Positions 38,674 to 49,511 of a stretch of DNA of 64,000 nt are shown one piece after another; the stretch's first letter is position 1, and the number at the start of each line of letters is the position of its first letter. Made by a program: the position numbers and the translations under genes. The DNA is taken from assembly GCA_963720755.1 (NCBI GenBank), contig CAVRGP010000015.1, forward strand, positions 489,502-553,501, read 5' to 3'. The DNA comes from an uncultured Chloroflexia bacterium (GTDB taxonomy: Bacteria; Chloroflexota; Limnocylindria; Limnocylindrales; CSP1-4). Below the pieces are notes generated by a model, which was not told where the DNA came from, did not search any database, and was given only the letters and a program-made list of their open reading frames with translations.

Positions 38674-39281
38674 AGGTCCTGGGGATCGACCCGGGAACTG
38701 CGGCGCTTGGCTACGGAGTCATCGAGCGGACCGGCAGCCGACTCCGCGAGGTCGATCATGGATGCCTGACGACCAGTCCCGATCGCTCGCTGCCTGAACG
38801 ACTGCTCGAGATCCACGCCCTCGTGGACGAGCTGCTGGCCCTCCACCGTCCCGACCTCATGGCGGTCGAGCGGCTCTTCTTCTCCCGGAATGTCCAGACC
38901 GCCATGGCCGTCGGGCAGGCGCGTGGCGTGGTGCTCCTGGCGGCGGCCCAGTACGGCGTGCCGGTCCGGGAAGCCACCCCGAACGAGGTCAAGAGCGCCA
39001 TCGCGGGCTACGGCGGCGCCGACAAGGAACAGGTCCAGCGAATGGTCCAACTGGTCCTGGGGATGCGGGAACTGCCACGGCCGGACGATGCCGCGGATGC
39101 ACTGGCGATCGCGACATGGGCGGCGAATACGGATCGCGGCTCTGCCCAGCCCACGGCCGGGGTCCTGGATCGTGCAGCGGTCGCCCCGATCACCCGCGGC
39201 TCGACCGGCTACGAACGTGCCGTTCGAGAGGCACTCGCGGCCGAGCGAACCGAGCGCGCTGCGAAGCGCAGCGCTTCGTAG
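38670..39281 (+). CDS. ruvC: Holliday junction resolvase RuvC
   Basis: LGIDPG, AVE, GQARG and DDAADALA motifs. Confidence 0.97.
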   Translation: MKVLGIDPGTAALGYGVIERTGSRLREVDHGCLTTSPDRSLPERLLEIHALVDELLALHRPDLMAVERLFFSRNVQTAMAVGQARGVVLLAAAQYGVPVREATPNEVKSAIAGYGGADKEQVQRMVQLVLGMRELPRPDDAADALAIATWAANTDRGSAQPTAGVLDRAAVAPITRGSTGYERAVREALAAERTERAAKRSAS

Positions 39282-39289
39282 ACCGGGCC

Positions 39290-39886
39290 GTGATCGCATC
39301 GCTCGCGGGCATCGTCGGAGCGGTCGGCCCCAATTCACTGGTGATCGAGGTCGGCGGGATCGGCTATCGCGTCTTCGCGGCACCCGCGATCCTGGCGGCC
39401 GCTCGACCTGGCACCACGTTGAAACTCCACACCTACCACCTGGTCCGGGATGACCAGCAGGCGCTGTACGGGTTCGGCTCGGTCGAGGAGCTCGGGTTCT
39501 TCACCCTGCTGCTCACGGTCAACGGCGTCGGCCCGAAGGTGGCGCTCGCCATCGTCGGCTCGCGACCGACGCCCGATCTCCAGCTCGCGATCATGGCCCA
39601 GGACCAGGCGGTCCTGGTGGCGATCCCCGGGATCGGCAAGAAGCTCGCTGAGCGGATCATCTTCGAACTCAAGGAGAAGGTGACGGCGGCGGGCGTTGCG
39701 GTCGCCGGTCCGGCCGTCCCCGGCGGTGCGGCGAGTGAAGGCGAGATCGTGGCGGCACTCCAGGCCCTGGGCTATTCGCTTGGCGAAGCCCGCGAGGCGT
39801 CCCGGGTCGCCCTCGCCGATGTCGGCGTCGAATCCACCCTCGAGGAGCGGGTCAAGGCAGCATTGCGGAGCCTGTTGCGCGACTGA
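39290..39886 (+). CDS. ruvA: Holliday junction branch migration protein RuvA
   Basis: [29 protein letters not shown] and ALQALGY motifs. Confidence 0.97.
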   Translation: MIASLAGIVGAVGPNSLVIEVGGIGYRVFAAPAILAAARPGTTLKLHTYHLVRDDQQALYGFGSVEELGFFTLLLTVNGVGPKVALAIVGSRPTPDLQLAIMAQDQAVLVAIPGIGKKLAERIIFELKEKVTAAGVAVAGPAVPGGAASEGEIVAALQALGYSLGEAREASRVALADVGVESTLEERVKAALRSLLRD

Positions 39887-39941
39887 CGCGCGCTCGCATC
39901 GAGCGGACGGAGTCGGCTGAAACGCCGCCGATCGGCGCTAT

Positions 39942-39955
39942 CGAACATCTGTACG
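39942..39955. promoter_or_regulatory. LexA (Gram-positive/Chloroflexota-type) SOS box upstream of ruvB
   Basis: CGAACATCTGTACG is one mismatch from CGAAC-N4-GTTCG. An extended -10 TGcTAGACT sits at 39971-39979. Confidence 0.65.
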
Positions 39956-39987
39956 GTTTCAGTGGAGTCGTGCTAGACTCCGTCGCG

Positions 39988-41081
<1,094 letters not shown>

Positions 41082-41085
<4 letters not shown>

Positions 41086-42258
41086 CTGCTCCGCATCCCG
41101 GCACAGCGGCGCGCTTCGAGACGACCACGCCGCCGCCCGCGGATGGAGCGACGCGGGCGCGGACCGGCCGGCTGACCCTGACCCATGGGGTCGTGGAGAC
41201 ACCGCAATTCATGCCCGTGGGCACGAACGCCACGGTCAAGGCATTGACACCGGATGACCTGCGGACCGCGGGCGCGTCGATCATCCTGTCCAACACGTAC
41301 CACCTCTACCTGCGCCCCGGGCACGAGCGGATCGCGCGGCTCGGCGGTCTCCATCGGTTCATGGACTGGGACGGGCCGATCCTGACCAATTCGGGTGGGT
41401 TCCAGGTCGTCTCGCTCGGCGATCTGCGGGTCGTGGATGACGACGGGGTCACCTTTCGGAGCCACCTCGACGGTTCGCTCCACCGGTTCACCCCGGAACT
41501 GGCGACGGCGGTCCAGGAGGCGCTCGGCTCGGACATCGCGGTGGCCTTCGATCAACCCGTGTTCCCCAGTTCGCCGTACGCCATCGTGGCCGAGGCCACC
41601 GACCGCACCCACCGATGGGCCGAGCGATCGCTGGCCGCACACAGCCGCGAGGATCAGGCCATCTTCGGGATCGTCCAGGGTGGCCTGGATCCGGATCTCC
41701 GGGCGGCTTCGACCCGGACGATCGCCGCGCTTGCCGTTCGACGGGATCTGCATCGGTGGCCTGGCCGGGGACGAGACGCCCGCCCAACGGGACGCCACGC
41801 TCGATATCGCCATCCCGCTCCTGGCCGACGACCCACGACCGCGCTATCTGATGGGCCTTGGTTCGCCGGCGGATCTGCTGGAAGCCGTGCACCGGGGCAT
41901 CGACCTGTTCGACTCGGTGCTCCCGGCCAGGGTTGCCCGGAATGGTCAGTTGTGGGTACCCGGCGGACGACTCAACCTCCGGAATCAGCGATTCCTGGAC
42001 GACCCGAACCCGGTCCAGGACGACTGTCCGTGCCTGCTGTGCCAGCACTTCTCCCGAGCCTATCTTGCGCACCTGTTCCGGGCCAGGGAGCTGCTCGCCT
42101 ACCGGCTCGCAACTTGTCACAACCTGACCTTCACCCTAGACTTCATGAGCAGGATCCGAGCCGCGATCCGAGCAGGAACCTTCCCCACTGCGATGCCAGG
42201 GCTGAGCGCTCACGCGGGCCGCATACGCGACGGTGAAGGCACGGCAAAGTCGGCGTGA
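41082..42258 (+). CDS. tgt: tRNA-guanine transglycosylase with a +1 frameshift at about 41731
   Basis: [14 protein letters not shown] and FGIVQGG in one frame. GGLA, RYLMG, DLFDSV and CPCLLC...H in the next. Removing one T of GCGCTTGCCG joins them. Confidence 0.92.
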
Positions 42259-42300
42259 AGGATCGAGCGATAGGCTGCAAGACGACGCGGAGGCTGGACC

Positions 42301-42465
42301 ATGGGCTCCCGGGATCGACCGAGCAAAGAGAAGAAGAAGCCGAAGGCCAACAAGACCCAAGCGAGCCTGTCTCCACTCTCGGAGCCGCCGCAGAACGTCG
42401 AGGTGATCCGCAAGCCCCGCAAGGAACGCCACGTCGTCCAAGAGGACGACACAGAGGAAGCCTGA
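42301..42465 (+). CDS. Small basic protein (54 aa), not in the ORF track
   Basis: GGAGG SD 7 nt before ATG. MGSRDRPSKEKKKPKANK...VEVIRKPRKERHVVQEDDTEEA. Host-like codon usage. Confidence 0.7.
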   Translation: MGSRDRPSKEKKKPKANKTQASLSPLSEPPQNVEVIRKPRKERHVVQEDDTEEA

Positions 42466-42537
42466 TCGACCGGCGGACGCCAGATCGTCCGCTCCAGGGG
42501 TCGGTCCGATGGATCGGATGAGGAGCGTGACGGACAG

Positions 42538-43590
42538 ATGGCGATGACCGAAGAGCGAGCAGCCGAGAGGAACACCGCGGAGCGCGGAAAGGCGGTCGAC
42601 GCCGCCCTGGCCACGATCGAAAAGCAGTTCGGACGGGGCGCGATCATGAAGCTCGGATCGCGTGAAAAGCTCGTCCTCGACACGATCCCGACCGGCTCGA
42701 TCGCACTCGATCTTGCCCTCGGCGTCGGCGGCATCCCGCGCGGGCGGATCACGGAGATCTTCGGTCCGGAATCGTCCGGCAAGACGACCGTTTGTCAGCA
42801 TGTCCTTGCCGAGGCCCAGGCTCGCGGCGGCGTCGTGGCCTTCATCGACGTGGAGCACGCTCTCGATCCCGGTTATGCCAGGGCCTGCGGCGTCAATGTC
42901 GATGAATTGCTGGTCAGCCAGCCGGACACCGGCGAGCAGGCCCTGGAGATCACCGAAACACTCATCCGTTCAGGCGGCATCGATTGCGTCGTCGTTGACT
43001 CCGTCGCCGCGCTTGTCCCCCGGGCGGAGATCGAAGGCGAGATGGGCGACAGCTTCATGGGCGTCCAGGCTCGGTTGATGAGCCAGGCACTCCGCAAGCT
43101 GACCGGGGCCGTGTCTCGATCCAACACGGCGCTCGTCTTCACCAACCAGCTGCGCGAGAAGATCGGGGTCATGTTCGGTAATCCGGAGACGACCCCCGGT
43201 GGCCGCGCGATGAAGTTCTACGCGTCCGTTCGCCTCGATATCCGCAGGATCGAGACGATCAAGACGGGCACCGAGTCGGTCGGCAACCGGGTGCGGGTCA
43301 AGGTCGTCAAGAACAAGGTCGCCGCACCGTTCCGCGTTGCCGAGTTCGACATCATGTACGGCGAGGGGATCTCCAAGGAGGGTGGCCTGCTCGATGTCGG
43401 TGTGGCGATGGACACCGTCACCAAGACCGGTGCGTGGTTCACGTTCGGAGAAACGAGACTGGGGCAGGGCCGCGAGGCGTCCAAGGAATTCCTCAAGTCG
43501 AACCCGCCGATCGCACAGGAGATCGATCGCCTGATCCGAGCCAAGATCAACGACGCGGTCATCCCGGTCGAGGGGATCGAGGAGGCATAA
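42538..43590 (+). CDS. recA: Recombinase RecA
   Basis: [25 protein letters not shown] and KNKVAAPF motifs. Confidence 0.99.
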   Translation: MAMTEERAAERNTAERGKAVDAALATIEKQFGRGAIMKLGSREKLVLDTIPTGSIALDLALGVGGIPRGRITEIFGPESSGKTTVCQHVLAEAQARGGVVAFIDVEHALDPGYARACGVNVDELLVSQPDTGEQALEITETLIRSGGIDCVVVDSVAALVPRAEIEGEMGDSFMGVQARLMSQALRKLTGAVSRSNTALVFTNQLREKIGVMFGNPETTPGGRAMKFYASVRLDIRRIETIKTGTESVGNRVRVKVVKNKVAAPFRVAEFDIMYGEGISKEGGLLDVGVAMDTVTKTGAWFTFGETRLGQGREASKEFLKSNPPIAQEIDRLIRAKINDAVIPVEGIEEA

Positions 43591-43597
43591 CGGGCCC

Positions 43598-44185
43598 GTG
43601 GCCGGTCCAGGCCGACACGCGGAGCGGGTCACCCCGGCCCAACGCCGGGAGCGCCGGGCGGCCGTCGATGATCCGGCCGTCGTCCTCGATGCGGCCGCGC
43701 GCTTCCTTGAACCTCGTGCACGTTCGGAATCCGAGGTCCGTCGCCGGCTCGGGCAGGCGGGCTACCGTCCGGAGCTCGTCGACGGAACGATCGCCAGGTT
43801 GTACCAACTCGGGATGCTCGACGACGAGGCATTCGCCCGTGCCTGGATCGAGTCGCGCGATCGAGCCCGGCCGCGTGGGGAGCGGGCCCTCCAGCAGGAA
43901 CTAGCCCAGAAGGGTATCGACCGCGAGATCGTGACCGGGCTTCTCGAGGAACGGCGAGCTGGACACGCTTCGAGCCACGATGATGACGTTGGATCGCCCG
44001 ACGAGGCGGCCGCGGTGCGATTGCTCGCGAGGCACGCACGGGCACTGGCGCGGATCCCGGATGTTCGCCAGCGCCGGCAACGAGCGTACGCATTGCTGGC
44101 GCGGAACGGCTTCGCGCCGGACGTCTGCCGCAGCCTGTCTGCGACCGTGGTGTCGAGCGAGCCCAGCGCGGTCGAGGACGCCTGA
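43598..44185 (+). CDS. recX: Regulatory protein RecX
   Basis: RSESEVRRRL, LDDEAFARAW, ELAQKGI and LARNGF motifs, directly downstream of recA. Confidence 0.93.
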   Translation: MAGPGRHAERVTPAQRRERRAAVDDPAVVLDAAARFLEPRARSESEVRRRLGQAGYRPELVDGTIARLYQLGMLDDEAFARAWIESRDRARPRGERALQQELAQKGIDREIVTGLLEERRAGHASSHDDDVGSPDEAAAVRLLARHARALARIPDVRQRRQRAYALLARNGFAPDVCRSLSATVVSSEPSAVEDA

Positions 44186-44203
44186 CCATCGTCGGGCATC
44201 GGT

Positions 44204-44232
44204 TTGACCCTCAGGGGCACCCGCCGTACGCT
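44204..44232 (+). promoter_or_regulatory. Sigma70-type promoter for rny
   Basis: TTGACC-17 nt-TACGCT. Confidence 0.7.
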
Positions 44233-44414
44233 ACGCAACAGAATGATCACGCGCCAGTCGCTGGCGTGAGCGTCCGCAACGGCTAGATCGCGGCCCATCG
44301 GGCGGGCGTGCAAGGCGGGGACCACCCGTCGTCACCCGGCCCGGTCAGCGACCGAGCGCCTACCGCAGCAAGGTCCTCCGGCCCAACGCATGGCCGGATG
44401 GGAGGAAACCGAAT

Positions 44415-45944
44415 ATGGATCCCGTGCTCCTCCTGGCGTCGGTCGTCCTGGCCGTCGTCGTCGGGGCCATCGCAGGCTTCGTCCTGCGAGGCCTCTGGGC
44501 ATCTCAGGCCATGAAAGCGGCCAGCGCAGAAGCGCGCCGCATCGAGGCCGAGGCACGCGCCCGTCAGAAAGACATCATCCTCGAGGCGAAGGACGACAAG
44601 CTGCGAATGCAGCGCGAGGCCGAGGATGAGGCGCGCAGTCGGCGGGCGGAGATGGCCGGCCTCGAGCGTCGATTGCTCCAGCGCGACGAGCAGCTCGACC
44701 AGCGCACGGACATGCTCGAGGAACGTGATCGCAAGCTGCTCGACCGCGAGCGGGAGCTCGACAAGGCCCGCGAGGATCTGGCGCGAGCGCAGGGCGAACA
44801 GGTCGCGGCGCTCGAACGTGTCGCGAACCTGACCGCGGACGATGCCAAGAGCCTGCTCGTCGAGGCCGTCCGCGAGGAGGCCGAGCATGATGCGGTGAAG
44901 ATCGCCCGAGCCATCGAACGGAGCGCCCGGGAAGATGCCCAGGATCGCGCGCGTGACATCGTGGTGACCGCCATCCAGCGGGTCGCGGCCGACCACACCG
45001 CCGAGCACACAGTCTCGGTCGTGCACCTGCCATCGGATGAGATGAAGGGCCGGATCATCGGCCGCGAGGGCCGCAACATCCGGGCACTCGAGCAGGCGAC
45101 CGGGATCGACCTCATCATCGATGACACTCCCGAGACGGTCATCCTCTCCGGCTTCGATCCCGTCCGCCGCGAAGTCGCGAGGATCGCGGTCACCAAGCTC
45201 ATCGCCGACGGGCGGATCCACCCGGGCCGGATCGAAGAGGTCGTGGCGAAGGCGCGTTCCGAGGTCGAGACGATCATGCGCCAGGCAGGCGAACAGGCCG
45301 CCTACGACGCAGGCGTCCCGGGCCTTCCCGCTGACATCCTCAAGACGCTCGGCCGGCTCAAGTACCGGACGAGCTACGGACAGAACGTGCTCAACCACGT
45401 CGTCGAGACGAGTCACCTCGCGGCCGTCATCGCCGCCGAGATCGGTGGCGACGTCCAGGTGGCCAAGATGGGCGGCCTGCTCCACGACATCGGGAAGGCC
45501 GTCGACCACGAAGTCGAAGGTCCGCACGCCGCGATCGGCGCGTCCATCGCCTTGCGTCACGAGCTTTCGCCGAAGGTCGTGAACGCGATCGCGGCGCACC
45601 ACCAGGAGGTGGAATACACCTGCCTGGAGGCCCCGATCGTGCAGATCGCCGACGCGATCAGCGCGTCACGGCCCGGGGCGCGTGGCGAGTCCATGGATTC
45701 GTACGTCAAGCGCCTCGAGGATCTCCAGGCGATCGCCGAGAGCTTCACCGGCGTGGAGCGTTCGTTCGCCGTTCAGGCTGGCCGCGAGGTGCGGATCCTG
45801 GTCCGCCCCGAGGAGATCGACGATCTCACGGCGAGCCGCCTCGCCCGCGACATCGTCAAGAAGATCGAAGAGCAGCTGACCTACCCCGGCCAGATCAAGG
45901 TGACCGTCATCCGCGAGACTCGCGCCGTGGAGTATGCCAAGTAG
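44415..45944 (+). CDS. rny: Ribonuclease Y
   Basis: N-terminal TM, coiled coil, KH ([13 protein letters not shown]) and HD (LLHDIGK) domains. Confidence 0.98.
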   Translation: MDPVLLLASVVLAVVVGAIAGFVLRGLWASQAMKAASAEARRIEAEARARQKDIILEAKDDKLRMQREAEDEARSRRAEMAGLERRLLQRDEQLDQRTDMLEERDRKLLDRERELDKAREDLARAQGEQVAALERVANLTADDAKSLLVEAVREEAEHDAVKIARAIERSAREDAQDRARDIVVTAIQRVAADHTAEHTVSVVHLPSDEMKGRIIGREGRNIRALEQATGIDLIIDDTPETVILSGFDPVRREVARIAVTKLIADGRIHPGRIEEVVAKARSEVETIMRQAGEQAAYDAGVPGLPADILKTLGRLKYRTSYGQNVLNHVVETSHLAAVIAAEIGGDVQVAKMGGLLHDIGKAVDHEVEGPHAAIGASIALRHELSPKVVNAIAAHHQEVEYTCLEAPIVQIADAISASRPGARGESMDSYVKRLEDLQAIAESFTGVERSFAVQAGREVRILVRPEEIDDLTASRLARDIVKKIEEQLTYPGQIKVTVIRETRAVEYAK

Positions 45945-46047
45945 GCTGATCGGCGGATAGATGACGGGACACGTCTCTGTCTCAGTCGGGGCCTGACCGC
46001 GATCGGCGTCGGCGACCGTCTGCCGTCCGGGCTGCTAGGCTCCGGGC

Positions 46048-46938
46048 GTGAGTGAACACCGCGCGACACCGACCGATCCCCAGGCACACGGGCGTACGCG
46101 CCTCGGCAACCCGGCCAACGGCAACGCCACTCGACCGCCCGGCGCGTGCCGTGTCCTGATGATCGGCGATCTCATCGGCAAGCCTGGCCGGATCGCCGTG
46201 GAGCAGATCCTGTCGGAACTCCGAGACGAGCGCGGTATCGACTTCGTGACCGCGAACGGCGAGAACGTGGCCGGAGGTATGGGCCTGACGCCATCGACCG
46301 CCGACGCCATCCTCGCCTGCGGTGTCGACGTCATCACCAGCGGCAACCACATCTGGGACAAACGCGAGATCTATCCCTACCTCGAGACCAACGAACGCGT
46401 CCTCCGTCCTCTCAATTACGGCACCCACGAGGTCCCGGGTCGCGGCTGGGGGACATACCAGGCGCTCGACGGCACGGACATCACGGTCATCAACCTCCAG
46501 GGCCGGACGTTCATGCAGCCGATCGACAACCCGTTCACCGAAGCGGACCGGTTGCTCGACGAATCGTCCGAGCCGCTCCCGCCGATCCGCCTGGTCGATT
46601 TCCATTGCGAGATCACCTCCGAGAAGAACGGCCTCGGGCTCTATCTCGATGGGCGGGTCAGCGCGGTCGTCGGCAGCCACACGCACGTCGTGACCGGCGA
46701 CGAGCGCATCCTTCCGGGCGGCACGGCCTACCAGACCGATCTGGGCATGACCGGGCCGGTGTGGAGCGTCATCGGGTTCGAGCCGAGGACCGTTCTCCCA
46801 CGCTTCATCAATGCGCTGCCGACGCGGTTCGAAGTGGGCCAGGGAACCGTCGTCTTCAACGCCGCCCAGATCGATATCGATCCCGCCACGGGACGCGCCC
46901 TGGCCATCGAGCGGATCCAGCGGCTGATCGAGGCGTGA
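46048..46938 (+). CDS. ymdB: YmdB/TIGR00282 metallophosphoesterase
   Basis: GDLIG, NGEN, SGNH, DFHCE, GSHTHV and TDLGMTG motifs. Confidence 0.95.
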   Translation: MSEHRATPTDPQAHGRTRLGNPANGNATRPPGACRVLMIGDLIGKPGRIAVEQILSELRDERGIDFVTANGENVAGGMGLTPSTADAILACGVDVITSGNHIWDKREIYPYLETNERVLRPLNYGTHEVPGRGWGTYQALDGTDITVINLQGRTFMQPIDNPFTEADRLLDESSEPLPPIRLVDFHCEITSEKNGLGLYLDGRVSAVVGSHTHVVTGDERILPGGTAYQTDLGMTGPVWSVIGFEPRTVLPRFINALPTRFEVGQGTVVFNAAQIDIDPATGRALAIERIQRLIEA

Positions 46939-47873
46939 CAGCGGCGACCAGCAGGCCCCGGGGCCGACACGACCCGGTGCCGGCTCCGAGCGAAGGAGGC
47001 GTCCAGCCACCCGCGCCATCGACGATCGACCTCCACACTCACACGATCCGCTCCGACGGCGTCATGGAACCGGCCGCGCTCGTGGCGGCTGCCGATGCTG
47101 TCGGTGTGAGGTTCCTCGCACTGACCGACCATGACACGTTGGCGGGCTACCGCGAGGTCGTCGCAGCCGGTGTCGTACCGCAACGGATGACCTTGATCCC
47201 GGGGGTCGAGATCAACTCGATCGTCCCTCGGGATATCGGACTCTGGGAGGGTGAACTCCACGTCCTTGGACTCGGTGTCGATCCCGATGACGGCGCGTTC
47301 GAGGCGGCGCTAGCCGGGCAGCGCGATCAGCGACGCATCCGGTTCGATCGGATGGTCGCCCGCCTGCGCGAGCTCGGTCTCGCGGTCGACGACCAGCTGG
47401 AAGACATGACGCTCGACGACGCCGACGCACTCGGACGACCGACGGTCGCGCGCGCCCTCATGCGTGCGGGCTACGCCACGAGCGTCGAGGACGCCTTCAG
47501 CCGGCTGCTCGGCCGCGGCAAGCCGGCCTATGTCCCGCGTGCCGGGTTGGGCCCAGAGGAGGCGATCCGGGCGATCCGCGATGCCGGAGGGCTGCCGGCG
47601 CTCGCCCATTTCAGCGAGGCACCGGCGCGGCTCGACATCGTCCAGGAGCTGATCGATGCTGGCCTCGGTGGTCTTGAGGTGTACTACCGGTCGTTCGATG
47701 CCGCCACCGTTTCGGCCGTTGCCGCCGTCGCCGCACGACTCGGCCTGGCGCCGACCGGCGGAAGCGACTACCACGGCGACACCGGGACGTATGCCGAGGC
47801 GCACGACCAGTTGTGGGTGCCGCCCGAGGTCGCTGCCGGGATCCCCGGGGCAGGAACCGTCGGCGGGTCGTAG
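46935..47873 (+). CDS. PHP domain phosphoesterase (TrpH/YciV-like)
   Basis: DLHTHT..SDG, LTDHDT, PGVEI, AH and GGSDYHG motifs. Confidence 0.92.
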   Translation: MTAATSRPRGRHDPVPAPSEGGVQPPAPSTIDLHTHTIRSDGVMEPAALVAAADAVGVRFLALTDHDTLAGYREVVAAGVVPQRMTLIPGVEINSIVPRDIGLWEGELHVLGLGVDPDDGAFEAALAGQRDQRRIRFDRMVARLRELGLAVDDQLEDMTLDDADALGRPTVARALMRAGYATSVEDAFSRLLGRGKPAYVPRAGLGPEEAIRAIRDAGGLPALAHFSEAPARLDIVQELIDAGLGGLEVYYRSFDAATVSAVAAVAARLGLAPTGGSDYHGDTGTYAEAHDQLWVPPEVAAGIPGAGTVGGS

Positions 47874-47908
47874 GCTCGATCGCACGGCCATGCCAGAATG
47901 ACCCGACG

Positions 47909-49510
47909 ATGACCCGCTCCCTGCCGATCCTCGATCCGTCGCTCCGGTCAGGTCCGGCGATCCCTCGCCAGGCGTCGCAGCCCGACGATGCACGCCTGCT
48001 CGAGTACCTGCCGGAATCTCGGGTCCTGCCCCGTTTCCATGTCTGGACGCTGGGATGCCAGATGAACCGGAGCGATTCGGAGGAGATGGCCGGGCGGCTG
48101 CTGCAAGCTGGCTGTGCGGAGGCCACTGGACTCGAGACCGCTGATCTCATCGTGATCAACAGCTGCGCCATCCGCGAGGGCGCTGAGCAGAAGATCATCG
48201 GCCGGATGGGTCAGCTCGCCGACCTCAAGACGGCCAACCCGGGCCTGCGGGTCGTCCTGACCGGTTGCTCCGTCCGCGAACCGGATCGGGCAGGCCTCAG
48301 GCGTCGCTACCCGGCGGTCGACGTGTTCCTGCGCCCGGACGAGGAGCCAGAGCTGGTCGATCGACTCGGCCTAGCCTCGGCGCAGGCGCCTGTGGGCGTC
48401 ATCGGAGCGACGACGACGGTCGGGCGCTCGGTCGTCGGCGTCGCGGATCACCTGGCGACCAGCCGAGCCCGTGCGGTCATGGATAGCGCCGTCTCGCGAG
48501 GTTCGGCGATCTCCGCCTGGCTGCCGATCATCTACGGGTGTGACAAGACCTGCACCTATTGCATCGTGCCGTTCAGCCGTGGCCCCGAGCGCAGCCGTCC
48601 GTTCGACGATATCGTCGATGAGGCTCGGACCCTGGCGGCGGCCGGATACCGGGAAGTCACACTCCTCGGCCAGAACGTCAATTCGTACGGCCATGACCTG
48701 GACCCGGATCCGAGGTTCGGACACGTCGACGCAGCGCGCTGGGCGGGTCCCCAGCTCGATCTTGCCGGACGCCCCGACCTGGCCGAGCTCATCCGAGCGA
48801 TCGATGGCCTGCGGGCTGCCGACGGCGAGCCTGCCATCGGACGGCTCCGATTCGTGACGTCGCATCCGTGGGACCTGTCGGATCGCCTCATCGCAACGCT
48901 GGCCGACTGTCCATCCGTCTGCGAGCACCTGCACCTGCCGGTCCAGTCGGGCTCCGATGCCGTCCTGCGTCGGATGGGCCGACAGTACACGATCGACCAC
49001 TACACGGAGCGCCTCGGGCGAATCCGCGGCTCAGTACCCGACATCACCATCTCGACCGACATCATCGTCGGCTTCTGCGGTGAAACGGAGGCGCAGTTCG
49101 AGGAGACCCTGGCACTCCTGGACACCGTCCGATATGACCAGGTCTTCGCAGCCGCCTATTCCGTTCGACCCGGGACGCCGGCGTCGCACCTGGACGACGA
49201 TGTCCCGGCTGCGACCAAGCGACGACGGCTCAACAAGTTGCTCGACCTGCAGGAATCGATCGGACTCGAACGAAACGAGGCCTGGATCGGCCGTGAGGTC
49301 GGTGTGCTCGTCGACGCGGTCGCGCCCCATCGGGATCAGGGCCACGATGCGGCCGAGCCGGCGGGGGAGGGGACTCGGGTGTCAGGCCGGAGCCGCGGCA
49401 ACAAACTGATCCACCTCCGCGGTTCGGAAGCGCTCGTCGGGCGCGAGGTCGTGGTCCGGATCGATCATGCCGGACCGTACGCCCTCAGAGGGTCCCTCGT
49501 CGGGGTGTGA
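47909..49510 (+). CDS. miaB: tRNA methylthiotransferase MiaB
   Basis: LGCQMN, NSC, TGC, CDKTCTYC, GQNVNSYG and a TRAM domain. Confidence 0.95.
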   Translation: MTRSLPILDPSLRSGPAIPRQASQPDDARLLEYLPESRVLPRFHVWTLGCQMNRSDSEEMAGRLLQAGCAEATGLETADLIVINSCAIREGAEQKIIGRMGQLADLKTANPGLRVVLTGCSVREPDRAGLRRRYPAVDVFLRPDEEPELVDRLGLASAQAPVGVIGATTTVGRSVVGVADHLATSRARAVMDSAVSRGSAISAWLPIIYGCDKTCTYCIVPFSRGPERSRPFDDIVDEARTLAAAGYREVTLLGQNVNSYGHDLDPDPRFGHVDAARWAGPQLDLAGRPDLAELIRAIDGLRAADGEPAIGRLRFVTSHPWDLSDRLIATLADCPSVCEHLHLPVQSGSDAVLRRMGRQYTIDHYTERLGRIRGSVPDITISTDIIVGFCGETEAQFEETLALLDTVRYDQVFAAAYSVRPGTPASHLDDDVPAATKRRRLNKLLDLQESIGLERNEAWIGREVGVLVDAVAPHRDQGHDAAEPAGEGTRVSGRSRGNKLIHLRGSEALVGREVVVRIDHAGPYALRGSLVGV

Positions 49511-49511
49511 C

